64,000 bases of DNA from Bdellovibrionales bacterium (GTDB lineage: Bacteria > Bdellovibrionota > Bdellovibrionia > Bdellovibrionales > DASUEL01): assembly GCA_050250255.1 (NCBI GenBank), contig JBFWOZ010000011.1, positions 1-64,000 of the forward strand, read 5' to 3'. Below the pieces are notes generated by a model. It did not search any database, was not told the origin of the DNA, and saw nothing but the letters and a program-made list of their open reading frames with translations. Position 1 is the stretch's first letter. Every line of letters begins with the position of its first letter. The position numbers and the translations under genes are program-made. Below are positions 20,081 to 28,942 of this stretch, piece by piece.

Positions 20081-21616
20081 TTATTGGAATCTTTCGCGAG
20101 ATCCGGTTTTGTCACCGGGGCGGATATCGCCACGCGCTTCTAGGACAAGTGCGGTAGAAAGACGTTCGCTTGTATTGACGATTCTCACAAGAGCGATAGG
20201 TCCTTGAACTGTCTTAACCACGGTCTCGGCATTTCGTTCGACCGGGCTTTTAAGGATGGAATAAATCTCGCCCTCTTGAACGCCATCACGACTGCCGCCA
20301 TTGAGATAAATAATGGTGTTCGTCGCCATCAGACGTCGGTCGGCATCAAACTCCCCGCCGACCACCGTAACAGAGGCAGAACCTGAAGCACCTTCCTTAG
20401 AATAAGAAGTGACAGGAATATTTCCTCGAAAAAGCTGAGCTCCACGTTCGATCGGTGCCACCATATTTTTCACAATCGCGCGGAACCGATTATCGCCCAA
20501 ACTTTCAATGATTTCTAACTCTCCTTGAAATTCCACAGGATATCCGGGTACAGACATGTACGAGTTACTCATTTTATCGAGAGTTTTAAAGGCCGTGTAG
20601 ATTTCGCCCTCTGCCGCAGCTTCAAGTTCCAAAATCACTTCTTGAAAAAGAGCCGCGCGATCTCCGCCGGCTTCCATTTCAATCACTCGTCCGATGCTTG
20701 AAGGTGCACGATCCGAAATGTAGCTATGTAAGAGCGTTTCATCCCCTATATCCTGGAGTCTTTTCTTTCGCGAAATGCTAAACCCTGCATTGTCATATTT
20801 TCGATCCGCCTGGGTCCAACTCGGAATACTTCGAGGAATATTTTTGAGAACGGGACGGAACGCCGGCGGCGCAGGAATTTCGGCATTCGCCAGGTAAGCT
20901 TTGGCCTGTTCCGGTGTGACCGAAGCTTTTGCCTCGGTTTCATTAAAAGCATATCTGTTCTTCCCAACATTGACGCTGGGCTCTTGCGACACACTACCTG
21001 GAGAAAAGCTGAGCACTTCTCCCGGCTCTAAAATATGAGGATTGGTATAGTCGCTATTGAGTTGCCATAATTTTGGCCAAAAGAATCCGTTACCAAAAAA
21101 TGTAGTACTCATACCCCACATGGTATCGCCAGATTGAACCGTGTATTTTTCTGAAGATTTTGGACCTACGATTTGAAACCACTCGGCATCAGAAATTTTA
21201 CCTGAATAAAATTGTTTGTAGATGCGACCCATGCGCTCTTCAAATTCCGCGTCAGGCTGGTCGTCGGCGATAGGCATCTCACTTGGCATAGGTGCCGCGA
21301 TTTCGGGTGCTGGAACAGGCTCCGCTTCTTCCGCGACTTCTTCTGCAGGTTCGTTTTCAACTGGCGCCGGTGTCACTTGCTCTTCTGCTTGCTGGGAAGG
21401 CATTTCTGCATCGAGCTCTTCTTGTAAGTTGCTATCTTCGATATCTAAATCTTGTTTTTGGGCGTCTTGCCTGTCTGCGTTTTCGATCTCTTGCTCAAGA
21501 TCATCGAAATTTTCGATAGACTCTCCGACATTATCCAAATCATCTTCTTGCGCATGTACCGCAGAAAGAGATGCGAGAGTCAAAAGAAGGCTCAAGAGAA
21601 GAATTCGCTTCATCAC
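20081..21616 (-). CDS. LysM-domain exported protein
   Basis: Signal peptide, acidic N-terminal region, YTVQSGDTMWG...WPKLWQLN...NPHILEPG LysM; usual position upstream of dprA. Confidence 0.88.
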   Translation of the reverse strand: MMKRILLLSLLLTLASLSAVHAQEDDLDNVGESIENFDDLEQEIENADRQDAQKQDLDIEDSNLQEELDAEMPSQQAEEQVTPAPVENEPAEEVAEEAEPVPAPEIAAPMPSEMPIADDQPDAEFEERMGRIYKQFYSGKISDAEWFQIVGPKSSEKYTVQSGDTMWGMSTTFFGNGFFWPKLWQLNSDYTNPHILEPGEVLSFSPGSVSQEPSVNVGKNRYAFNETEAKASVTPEQAKAYLANAEIPAPPAFRPVLKNIPRSIPSWTQADRKYDNAGFSISRKKRLQDIGDETLLHSYISDRAPSSIGRVIEMEAGGDRAALFQEVILELEAAAEGEIYTAFKTLDKMSNSYMSVPGYPVEFQGELEIIESLGDNRFRAIVKNMVAPIERGAQLFRGNIPVTSYSKEGASGSASVTVVGGEFDADRRLMATNTIIYLNGGSRDGVQEGEIYSILKSPVERNAETVVKTVQGPIALVRIVNTSERLSTALVLEARGDIRPGDKTGSRERFQ

Positions 21617-21711
21617 CTTCTATTCTAGCGAAGCCCATCAGCGAATCAATTTGTCAGAAATTTCAGCACTTAAGTCGAGGCGCACCCAACCTCAAACCCT
21701 CAACCAGCTTA

Positions 21712-21936
21712 TTACCTCTCAAAAGCAAGTAGGCTTTTCACTAGCTCTTTCAGGTCCATTCGAACATTCATGTCCTGTACCCGCTCGAAGAAATTACGTG
21801 AGCTTCGGGAGGACTCGCTTTTCGATGGGGTCTGAGATTCGTAAGCTTTATTTTGCACCATGGATTTCACATGGGAGCTACGTTTTTTATCTAGAGGGTT
21901 ACGACCAATGCGCGACTTGTTATTCGACTCAGACAT
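21712..21936 (-). CDS. small basic protein, putative ParA partner
   Basis: Overlaps the parA stop, RBS GAGG, N-terminal RIGRNPLD motif. Confidence 0.65.
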   Translation of the reverse strand: MSESNNKSRIGRNPLDKKRSSHVKSMVQNKAYESQTPSKSESSRSSRNFFERVQDMNVRMDLKELVKSLLAFER

Positions 21937-22726
21937 AAGACATCCTCTCTAATTTTATTTTTAATTCTTCGGCAAGTTCTGCAAACTCAGCAGAGCTTTT
22001 AGAAGAGGGTGCGTATTGGAAAATCGATTTTCCAAAGCCTGCACTTTCTGCGACCTTTACACTATTATGAATTTTTGTTTCAAAAAGGAGTGAGCCGAAT
22101 TTTTCTGCGAGAAGTTTGGAGACATCTTGATTTAAACGACGGCGCTGATCAAACACGTTACGAATAATTCCCACAATCTCTAAATTTTCATTCCAGCGTT
22201 TGAGATCACGAATCGTCGCTTCCAGCTGCGAAAGGCCCTCTAAAGAAAAGAAATCCGCTTGGAGTGGTACGAGAACACCGTGAGCGGCCATAAGACCGTT
22301 TAACGTCAGAAGATTTAAAGAAGGCGGATTATCGATGAGAATAAAATCAAACTCTTTTCGAAGTCCTTCGAGAGCCGCTTTCAAGACCGACTCTCTCGCC
22401 GCGCGTGAAACTAAGTAATACTCAACTCCCGCGAGGGCGGCATCACTTGGCAGAAGATAAAGCTTAGCTGAGACTTGAGAGAGATCATGAAGTGAAAGAA
22501 CTCTTTTGTCTCGAGCGAGATAAACCTGATCCAAAGTAAGAGTTGAAGGCTCCACTACAACACCGGTATAGGCTGTGAGATTCGCTTGAGGGTCGTTGTC
22601 GATCAACAAAACCTTGTGTCCCGCGCGCGTGAGAGCCGTCGCTAAATTAAAGCAGACAGTTGTTTTTCCGACGCCACCTTTTTGATTGGCGAGAGCGAGA
22701 ATACGGGCTGAAGGATTTTCGCTCAT
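21929..22726 (-). CDS. ParA/Soj-family ATPase (orphan, no parB)
   Basis: NQKGGVGKTT deviant Walker A, IDNDPQAN, IDNPPSL. Confidence 0.93.
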   Translation of the reverse strand: MSENPSARILALANQKGGVGKTTVCFNLATALTRAGHKVLLIDNDPQANLTAYTGVVVEPSTLTLDQVYLARDKRVLSLHDLSQVSAKLYLLPSDAALAGVEYYLVSRAARESVLKAALEGLRKEFDFILIDNPPSLNLLTLNGLMAAHGVLVPLQADFFSLEGLSQLEATIRDLKRWNENLEIVGIIRNVFDQRRRLNQDVSKLLAEKFGSLLFETKIHNSVKVAESAGFGKSIFQYAPSSKSSAEFAELAEELKIKLERMSYV

Positions 22727-22782
22727 CGATCACTCCTAACAAAATAAACGTTAGATTTGATAAGTAACTGAAGTGAGAGTCA

Positions 22783-23038
22783 ACGCTTCACACCCCGCTT
22801 TTTATAAAAATTGTGAAGCGTCAAAACTATCCAAATAGTTATCCACGGACTTTGTGGAATGACATAAGAACCAGACCTTAGACTTGCTTGTTTCCGCGGG
22901 TTACAGCGATTTGATGAAAAATTAAACATGAGCTAAGTCTTTGAATTTACAACAAGAAATGAACAATATTAGGGTTTCATTAAAGATCTGTGAAGAAATC
23001 TTAAATCCGAACTTCGAGCGAGGAAAACCTGTGGAAAC
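22783..23038. promoter_or_regulatory. parA/comEC divergent control region with DnaA-box-like sites and inverted repeats
   Basis: TTATCCACG 22839-47, TGTGGAATG 22853-61, TGTGGAAAC 23030-38; 10-bp IR ACGCTTCACA/TGTGAAGCGT. Confidence 0.4.
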
Positions 23039-23070
23039 CCCTATCCTCGCACCTTCTGTGGTTTTTACTG

Positions 23071-23952
23071 TTGCACACACGAAGTATTATGTTTCTTTTT
23101 CTAGCAATAATCCTTCTAGGCATTGAATTTCGCACCCTAGATTTGCACAATTTTTCAGCAACACTTAGTCAACCTTTTCATGCTGAGTGTTTAAGCTCGG
23201 TTCCCACCAGTTCATGGAGCGAACTTTACGCAGCAACAGTCTGTGGAAAAAATCTGCAGAACTCAGAGATGTCCTTTTATTTAAAAAAATTCGGACTTCT
23301 CCACATGATTGTGGTTTCTGGTGCACACCTTTTGTTCTTAGAAAAGCTCATTATCACGCTTGGATTGCGCGCAAAAATTTTTGTCTACCCGCTTATGATT
23401 CTTTTTTGTCTCGTTACGTCACTTCAAGCACCCGTGCTTCGGGCTCTCGTCGCGATTTTTTTAAATGATGTGAATGACAGATTTCATCTTTTTTGGCGTC
23501 CGGTACAGATCACATGGCTTTCCGGGATATTCCTATGGCTCCTATTTCCCGACTGGATCCATTCTTTTTCGTTCTTACTGAGTTGGGCTTGTGCACTCGC
23601 ACTCGCACTCATGGCGGGCCAATCTGCCTTTAAAAAACAACTTTTCCTTTATCTCTTTCTTGGCCTCTTCTTACTTCCGCTACAGACATCTCATCCCATC
23701 TCCATTTTATTAAATCTTCTTTTTGCTCCCCTGATCGGTTTTCTACTTTTTCCAACAAGCCTTTTTGCCTTTTTCATACCGGCTTTTACGCAGATTCCTG
23801 ACACGCTCTGGGCCGTGCTCTTTCGTATATTAGAATGGCTCCATCAAGGCGTTGAGTCCGTATCGCTACAGTATCCGATCTCGCTTCTTACCCTTTGGGC
23901 TGTCCTCTGGCTGACGCATCTTCTTTTGGAAATCTGGAGGCAACCTCGATGA
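23071..23952 (+). CDS. comEC: ComEC/Rec2 competence membrane domain
   Basis: FGLLHMIVVSGAH, PVLRA, SFSFLLSW, NLLFAP. Confidence 0.85.
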   Translation: MHTRSIMFLFLAIILLGIEFRTLDLHNFSATLSQPFHAECLSSVPTSSWSELYAATVCGKNLQNSEMSFYLKKFGLLHMIVVSGAHLLFLEKLIITLGLRAKIFVYPLMILFCLVTSLQAPVLRALVAIFLNDVNDRFHLFWRPVQITWLSGIFLWLLFPDWIHSFSFLLSWACALALALMAGQSAFKKQLFLYLFLGLFLLPLQTSHPISILLNLLFAPLIGFLLFPTSLFAFFIPAFTQIPDTLWAVLFRILEWLHQGVESVSLQYPISLLTLWAVLWLTHLLLEIWRQPR

Positions 23953-24707
23953 AGCATGGCATGTGGGCGCTTCTCCTCTTTTTCTGTCTTTATCCTAAAG
24001 CTCTCAAAAACGGAGTTAGGCCCTATTGGCTGATTTGGAATGTAGGCCAAGGACAATGGGTCTCATGGGTGGGAACTACGTCGTGCTATCACTTCGACAT
24101 GGGAGGCGAAAAAAACCCTCTCTCGCTCGTAAGAAGAGAATGTGGCGAAAAGAAAAACTTGCTTCACCTCTCGCACCCCGATTGGGATCATATCAGTTTC
24201 GTGAGTCCTGGATTACGCCGCCTGAATTCTCTGTGTCTTGTTTCCTCTTCCGTCTCGATGCTTAAAAGATCCCCCGCCTCTTCCAATAAAAACAATCGGA
24301 AAAAATCTAAGTTCCTCACCCAACTGCCTGCCTGTTTGTCTCACACACCGGTTCAACAATTTGTTCCCGCTTTTGAGCCCACATCATCGAGCAATGATCA
24401 AAGTGTGATTTATCTATGGAAACAGTTTCTTTTACCTGGGGACGCCTCTGTGCGAAAAGAAAAAATTTGGAGTGAACAAATAGAGCTTTCAAAAATTCAA
24501 TGGCTACTTTTAGGACATCACGGAAGTCGCACGAGCAGCTCCGCAAAACTCCTCAAACAGCTCCCCGCTTTACGAATGAGCTTTGCCTCAGCAAGGCACA
24601 GTAAATATGGCCATCCTCATGAGGACGTACTTTTGCGATTGAAAGAGAAGGGTGTTCCCGTATTAAAAACGGAAGAGTGGGGAAATATAAAGATAGATTC
24701 TTTATGA
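23949..24707 (+). CDS. ComEC-type metallo-beta-lactamase-fold domain, stand-alone
   Basis: NVGQG, SHPDWDH, PGDA, GHHGSRTSS, YGHPH; ATGA overlap at 23949-52. Confidence 0.85.
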   Translation: MKHGMWALLLFFCLYPKALKNGVRPYWLIWNVGQGQWVSWVGTTSCYHFDMGGEKNPLSLVRRECGEKKNLLHLSHPDWDHISFVSPGLRRLNSLCLVSSSVSMLKRSPASSNKNNRKKSKFLTQLPACLSHTPVQQFVPAFEPTSSSNDQSVIYLWKQFLLPGDASVRKEKIWSEQIELSKIQWLLLGHHGSRTSSSAKLLKQLPALRMSFASARHSKYGHPHEDVLLRLKEKGVPVLKTEEWGNIKIDSL

Positions 24708-24713
24708 GCAACA

Positions 24714-24737
24714 ACCCTACTAAAATTTCAGTAGGGT
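24714..24737. terminator. hairpin between convergent genes
   Basis: ACCCTACT-N8-AGTAGGGT 8-bp stem. Confidence 0.5.
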
Positions 24738-24747
24738 CGAGAAAAGA

Positions 24748-25599
24748 TTAGCGAGGAAGTAAGCAGCCCACTTTATTTAAATCCAACTGACGATTTTGAT
24801 TTAAACAGCTGTAAATCCAAGCGACTTGTTGAGCGTAGCCACGGCCTGGCTGAATCGTAATATTGCCGTTTTGATCCACTTCACAAGGATTGTTTAACGT
24901 ACATCTTTGGCTATTTTCATTGTTTGTGTTGTTCACACCAATCACTGTGCGTGTACCGGCAACAAGTACGGGAGATCCTGAAGTTCCACCGATTGTTTCA
25001 CAACCTGGGTTGCTGTAACGAATCGAATCCGACCATGTCCAACGATCTTCTTTCACCGTAGGAATAATCGCTTCTGCACGACAGGCGTAACCACGTTTCC
25101 AATACCCAGAAATCACTTCAATGTCAGTCGATGGACGAACATACTCTTTAGAAAGAGTGAATGGACGTGTATTGAACTCGTTATAGATTTGAGCAAAAGT
25201 TTTTGAAAGTGTGTAAATCGCCATGTCCGTTTTTGTCATTGTTCCGTAGAGAATTTCTGTTGAAACAACCGTGCCCTTTAATTCGGCTTGAGGACCTAGA
25301 ATGCGAAAGCTGCGAGTTACGGGAACATGTACCTTTACCATTCCAGCTGGCATCAATTCGATACAGTGCCCATTTGTGAGGACCATTGCGGCATCTGTCT
25401 CTAAGCTATTTTCAAAGCGTACGATGCTACCAGAACAGTTAGAAAGACCGACAATACCTTCAAAACTAAATGCAAAACTATCTGCAGCTACAGTCGATAG
25501 TCCCCAAGGCGGTAAGTTTTTGCTGAGTTCAGGTACCGCAAAAGCAGGAAACGAAGTTGTGATTGTTAAAAGAAATGAGAATAAAAACGTTAATTTCAT
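24748..25599 (-). CDS. secreted trypsin-like (S1) serine protease
   Basis: Signal peptide; triad motifs LTNGHC, KTDMA, GGTSGSP; ATG 25599 after GGAGG. Confidence 0.9.
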   Translation of the reverse strand: MKLTFLFSFLLTITTSFPAFAVPELSKNLPPWGLSTVAADSFAFSFEGIVGLSNCSGSIVRFENSLETDAAMVLTNGHCIELMPAGMVKVHVPVTRSFRILGPQAELKGTVVSTEILYGTMTKTDMAIYTLSKTFAQIYNEFNTRPFTLSKEYVRPSTDIEVISGYWKRGYACRAEAIIPTVKEDRWTWSDSIRYSNPGCETIGGTSGSPVLVAGTRTVIGVNNTNNENSQRCTLNNPCEVDQNGNITIQPGRGYAQQVAWIYSCLNQNRQLDLNKVGCLLPR

Positions 25600-25669
25600 A
25601 AGGTCCCTCCAGGCGTGCATTCAAACCAGGAGGGCCCTATGTGTCAAATAAAACAGAGCAAACCTTTGT

Positions 25670-26674
25670 TTACTGTAAGAACTGACCAGTTGCGTAAGCT
25701 AAGGCTTTAGTTATATTGGCCATATAGTTGAAATCAAGTCGTGCATCTACGATATCGCAAGCTTTGTGATAACAAGGATCCCCATCTCCGCCGAAGAAAT
25801 TCTCGGAGATCACCACAGAGCCAATTTGAGCTTTCCAAAAGTGAGCATGATCGCTGCGATCTGTACAGGCGGCTACACGTTGAAGCGGAAGATTTAAACT
25901 CACCACTCCTTGCATGATCTTCTCAGAAAAACCCATCGAGTCTGCACGATTACAATCAATGACATGGAAGGCTCCATCTTTACGGCTATTTGTTCCCATC
26001 ATTTCCATATGAATATTACCGATCACTTGCATGCGATTTAAAGTCGGCACATAAAAACTAGAGCCGACAAGGCCTAACTCTTCTTGATCAAAAGCGACGA
26101 TTCGTAAAGTGTAACGAAAACTTTGTTGCGAAAGAGTTTTTGCAATAGCAAGAGCTGCAATCGTTCCACTTCCATCATCATTGGCACCAGCAACACTGAC
26201 CACAGAATCCATGTGAGAAGAAACAATAAACACCTTAGAAGGATCTGTTCCCACTTTTTCAGCAATAAAATTTTCACCTTGCTGTGGAGGGAGAGTTTTT
26301 TTGTACGGCTGAGTGGAGACGGCAAAGCCTAAAGCTTGATATTCTCTTGTGAGAAACTTTCTAGCAAGAAGACGACCGTTCGCCGAGCTTCGCTCCGAGA
26401 TTCTTACAGACTGACCATCGATCATTGTAGGGAGGGCTCCAGAGAGTTCCGACAATTTTTGCTTTAAAAAAGCAGGATCAACATTGATTGCAAATAAGGG
26501 ATCTTCAATTGGAACGACAGGAAGAGGCATGAGCTTCGCCGATGCAAAAGCTCGATAGTCTGTCGACCAACTGTGTCCTTCATGCGCAATGGCGCGAGCA
26601 AAAATCACCTGGAAAATAATAAAGAGAAATAAAGCGAACCCACGATAAATGGGCAAATTTTTTGATTGATTCAT
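25670..26674 (-). CDS. secreted M28-family metallo-aminopeptidase
   Basis: SSHMDS, GANDDGSG, EELGLVGS, RSDH, YH; ATG 26674 after GAGGAGG. Confidence 0.9.
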   Translation of the reverse strand: MNQSKNLPIYRGFALFLFIIFQVIFARAIAHEGHSWSTDYRAFASAKLMPLPVVPIEDPLFAINVDPAFLKQKLSELSGALPTMIDGQSVRISERSSANGRLLARKFLTREYQALGFAVSTQPYKKTLPPQQGENFIAEKVGTDPSKVFIVSSHMDSVVSVAGANDDGSGTIAALAIAKTLSQQSFRYTLRIVAFDQEELGLVGSSFYVPTLNRMQVIGNIHMEMMGTNSRKDGAFHVIDCNRADSMGFSEKIMQGVVSLNLPLQRVAACTDRSDHAHFWKAQIGSVVISENFFGGDGDPCYHKACDIVDARLDFNYMANITKALAYATGQFLQ

Positions 26675-26729
26675 GTAGCCCCTCCTCTCATTTTCATAGT
26701 TCAGAGGGGCGATGTCGTCAATCAATGGC

Positions 26730-27842
26730 TTAGATGAGACTGCTAAATGGACGGTATTCCATATCAAGATCACGCGCTACCGGCTCATAACAAACATAAC
26801 CGCCATAAACGTTTACGCCTTTCATGAGAGCTTTGTCTTGAGCGACCGCCGTTTCCATACCTTTTTGAGCAAGAATGGAAGCATACTTAAACGTCACGTT
26901 CGTAAGAGCGTAGGTCGAAGTGCGAGAAACCACACCTGGCATATTTGGTACACAGTAATGAATTACGCCATCCACTTCATAGGTTGGATTTTTGTGACTT
27001 GTAGGACGACAAGTTTCAATACAACCACCTTGATCCACCGCTACGTCAACAACCACACTGCCTGGTGCCATTGCACTCACAAGTTGTTTGCTCACAAGTT
27101 TTGGTGCTTTACGCCCTGTTAAGAGAACTGCACCCACCAAAAGATCCGCTCGCACAACGCTCTCTTCGATATTTTTGATGTTGGAATAAAGAGTTGTCAC
27201 CCGACCATCAAAAATATGATCGATGTATTCAAGGCGGTTATGATTCACATCTAAAATGGAAACTTCAGCACCAAGACCTACAGCCATTTGAGCCGCGTTT
27301 ACACCCACAACTCCACCACCAATGATCACCACTTTACCGCGTGGCACTCCTGGAACGCCCCCCAGAAGGATTCCTTTCCCACCATGATCTTTTTGTAAGT
27401 AGAAAGCACCGATCTGAGTTGCCATACGACCTGCCACTTCACTCATAGGAGTGAGAAGAGGAAGAGTTCCGTCTTCGGCTTGAATCGTTTCGTAAGCAAC
27501 CGACTTCACTTTTCGTTGGCAAAGAACTTTTGTGAGTTCAGGTTCTGCCGCCAAGTGAAGGTATGTGTAGAGAATTTGATTCTCTTTGAGGAGTTCATAT
27601 TCATCAGGAAGAGGCTCTTTCACTTTTACGATCATGTCGGCTTTTGCGTAGACTTCTTTTTTTGTGTCAAGAATCGCGGCACCAGCTTTGATGTAGTCTT
27701 CGTTTGAAATTCCGCTACCTACACCCGCATCTTTTTCAATAAAAACTTTGTGACCCTCTAGAACAAGTTGCTTCACGCCCGCTTCGGTCATTCCGACGCG
27801 ATTTTCGCTGATTTTAATTTCCTTAGGCACACCAATGATCAT
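26730..27842 (-). CDS. ald: alanine dehydrogenase
   Basis: [47 protein letters not shown]. Confidence 0.98.
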   Translation of the reverse strand: MIIGVPKEIKISENRVGMTEAGVKQLVLEGHKVFIEKDAGVGSGISNEDYIKAGAAILDTKKEVYAKADMIVKVKEPLPDEYELLKENQILYTYLHLAAEPELTKVLCQRKVKSVAYETIQAEDGTLPLLTPMSEVAGRMATQIGAFYLQKDHGGKGILLGGVPGVPRGKVVIIGGGVVGVNAAQMAVGLGAEVSILDVNHNRLEYIDHIFDGRVTTLYSNIKNIEESVVRADLLVGAVLLTGRKAPKLVSKQLVSAMAPGSVVVDVAVDQGGCIETCRPTSHKNPTYEVDGVIHYCVPNMPGVVSRTSTYALTNVTFKYASILAQKGMETAVAQDKALMKGVNVYGGYVCYEPVARDLDMEYRPFSSLI

Positions 27843-27916
27843 AATCGTTTGTCTCCTGTGTATTTTGTGGAATACTTGTTTTTACAGAAGATTCTTAGGA
27901 GTGGCGAGCTTTTTCT

Positions 27917-28735
27917 ATGGGAGTTTTGTTCCGAGCTATGAAAGCATTAGGTGAACATTTACCTTCGTTGTTTTGTACTTTCGTTGTGGCGGCAGTGCTT
28001 CTGACCAGTGGCGTTAGCATTGCTCTCCCCCCCGAAGGCTTCGAAAATTTCGCTCTGATTGGCCGGGGAAAAGGAACGCGAAGCCTTGCCATTGATGGAA
28101 TGTACAATCGCCCCGCTTGGCGTTCTGACTCTGAATCGCTTCAATTCTATGCGGGATGGCCTACGGAAAACAAAAATTACTTAACCGTCGGCGCTCGTTC
28201 TTTAGCCGCACCTCAATTTGGCGATCGTTTCGCCGCGTTTGCACGATGGGATTGGACTTTTTTTGATGTGACCTCGATTGCCATCAAATACATCCACGAA
28301 GAGTGGCGCTACATCGCAACGAGCAAAGAGACTTGGGCGCTCGACTACAATTTTTTTATTCCCTTTGGTGAGCAAAAGACCGGATTTTACTTTTCGCTTG
28401 GAGCGTATTACCGATGGATGAAGCAACGCTGGAATGATCCTTGGTCTTCGCCCCTTAATTACAACACGAAAGATCAAGAGTGGTTCTTCCAAAGTGTAAT
28501 GGGTTGGCAAGTGGGCTTAGGAGATACCGGAAGCTATATGACTTTTGATTGGAACTTACGAGATCAATTCTCTTATTACAATTTTGACAATATGGCGTTT
28601 GATCTCTCTTTGAATTTCGATGGTGGTGATAGTTTTTTATTTCGTCTCACGAGCGGTGTGCGCACTTCTGCGCTGACAATGGGCACCGGTTATCCAGCTG
28701 AGTATTATGGTGGGATGGGGTTTGTGATTTATTGA
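27917..28735 (+). CDS. hypothetical outer-membrane beta-barrel-like protein
   Basis: Signal-like N-terminus, aromatic-rich alternating strands, terminal aromatic residue (GFVIY); start uncertain. Confidence 0.6.
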   Translation: MGVLFRAMKALGEHLPSLFCTFVVAAVLLTSGVSIALPPEGFENFALIGRGKGTRSLAIDGMYNRPAWRSDSESLQFYAGWPTENKNYLTVGARSLAAPQFGDRFAAFARWDWTFFDVTSIAIKYIHEEWRYIATSKETWALDYNFFIPFGEQKTGFYFSLGAYYRWMKQRWNDPWSSPLNYNTKDQEWFFQSVMGWQVGLGDTGSYMTFDWNLRDQFSYYNFDNMAFDLSLNFDGGDSFLFRLTSGVRTSALTMGTGYPAEYYGGMGFVIY

Positions 28736-28816
28736 AGTTTGAAGGCGCCACTTAACCTACTGGGTTTTCTGGGATACCGGAATCTAGGCACACGGTATCC
28801 AGGATTGCTACCGGAA

Positions 28817-28871
28817 AAGGTACGGACACACTTTTGGGACGCATTGAGTCCCAAAAGTGTGTCCGTACCTT
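28817..28871. repeat. REP/REPIN-like palindrome
   Basis: Perfect 24-bp IR AAGGTACGGACACACTTTTGGGAC-N7-GTCCCAAAAGTGTGTCCGTACCTT. Confidence 0.8.
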
Positions 28872-28942
28872 CGGACTAAGGCCCAGGTGAGAAACTGCGC
28901 GCAAGACTATCGATAAATCGCAAAATCTTTTACTCTAAGAAC

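Noticed and set aside
21222..21938. 238-aa plus-strand ORF
   Set aside because: Ser-rich antisense shadow of the acidic LysM protein N-terminus.
22727..23070. Chromosomal oriC
   Set aside because: Boxes are few and degenerate, with no dnaA, dnaN or gidA context; kept only as a regulatory candidate.
28786..28810. sigma54 promoter for slt (CGGTATCCAGGATTGC)
   Set aside because: GG-to-GC spacing is 11 nt rather than the required 10.
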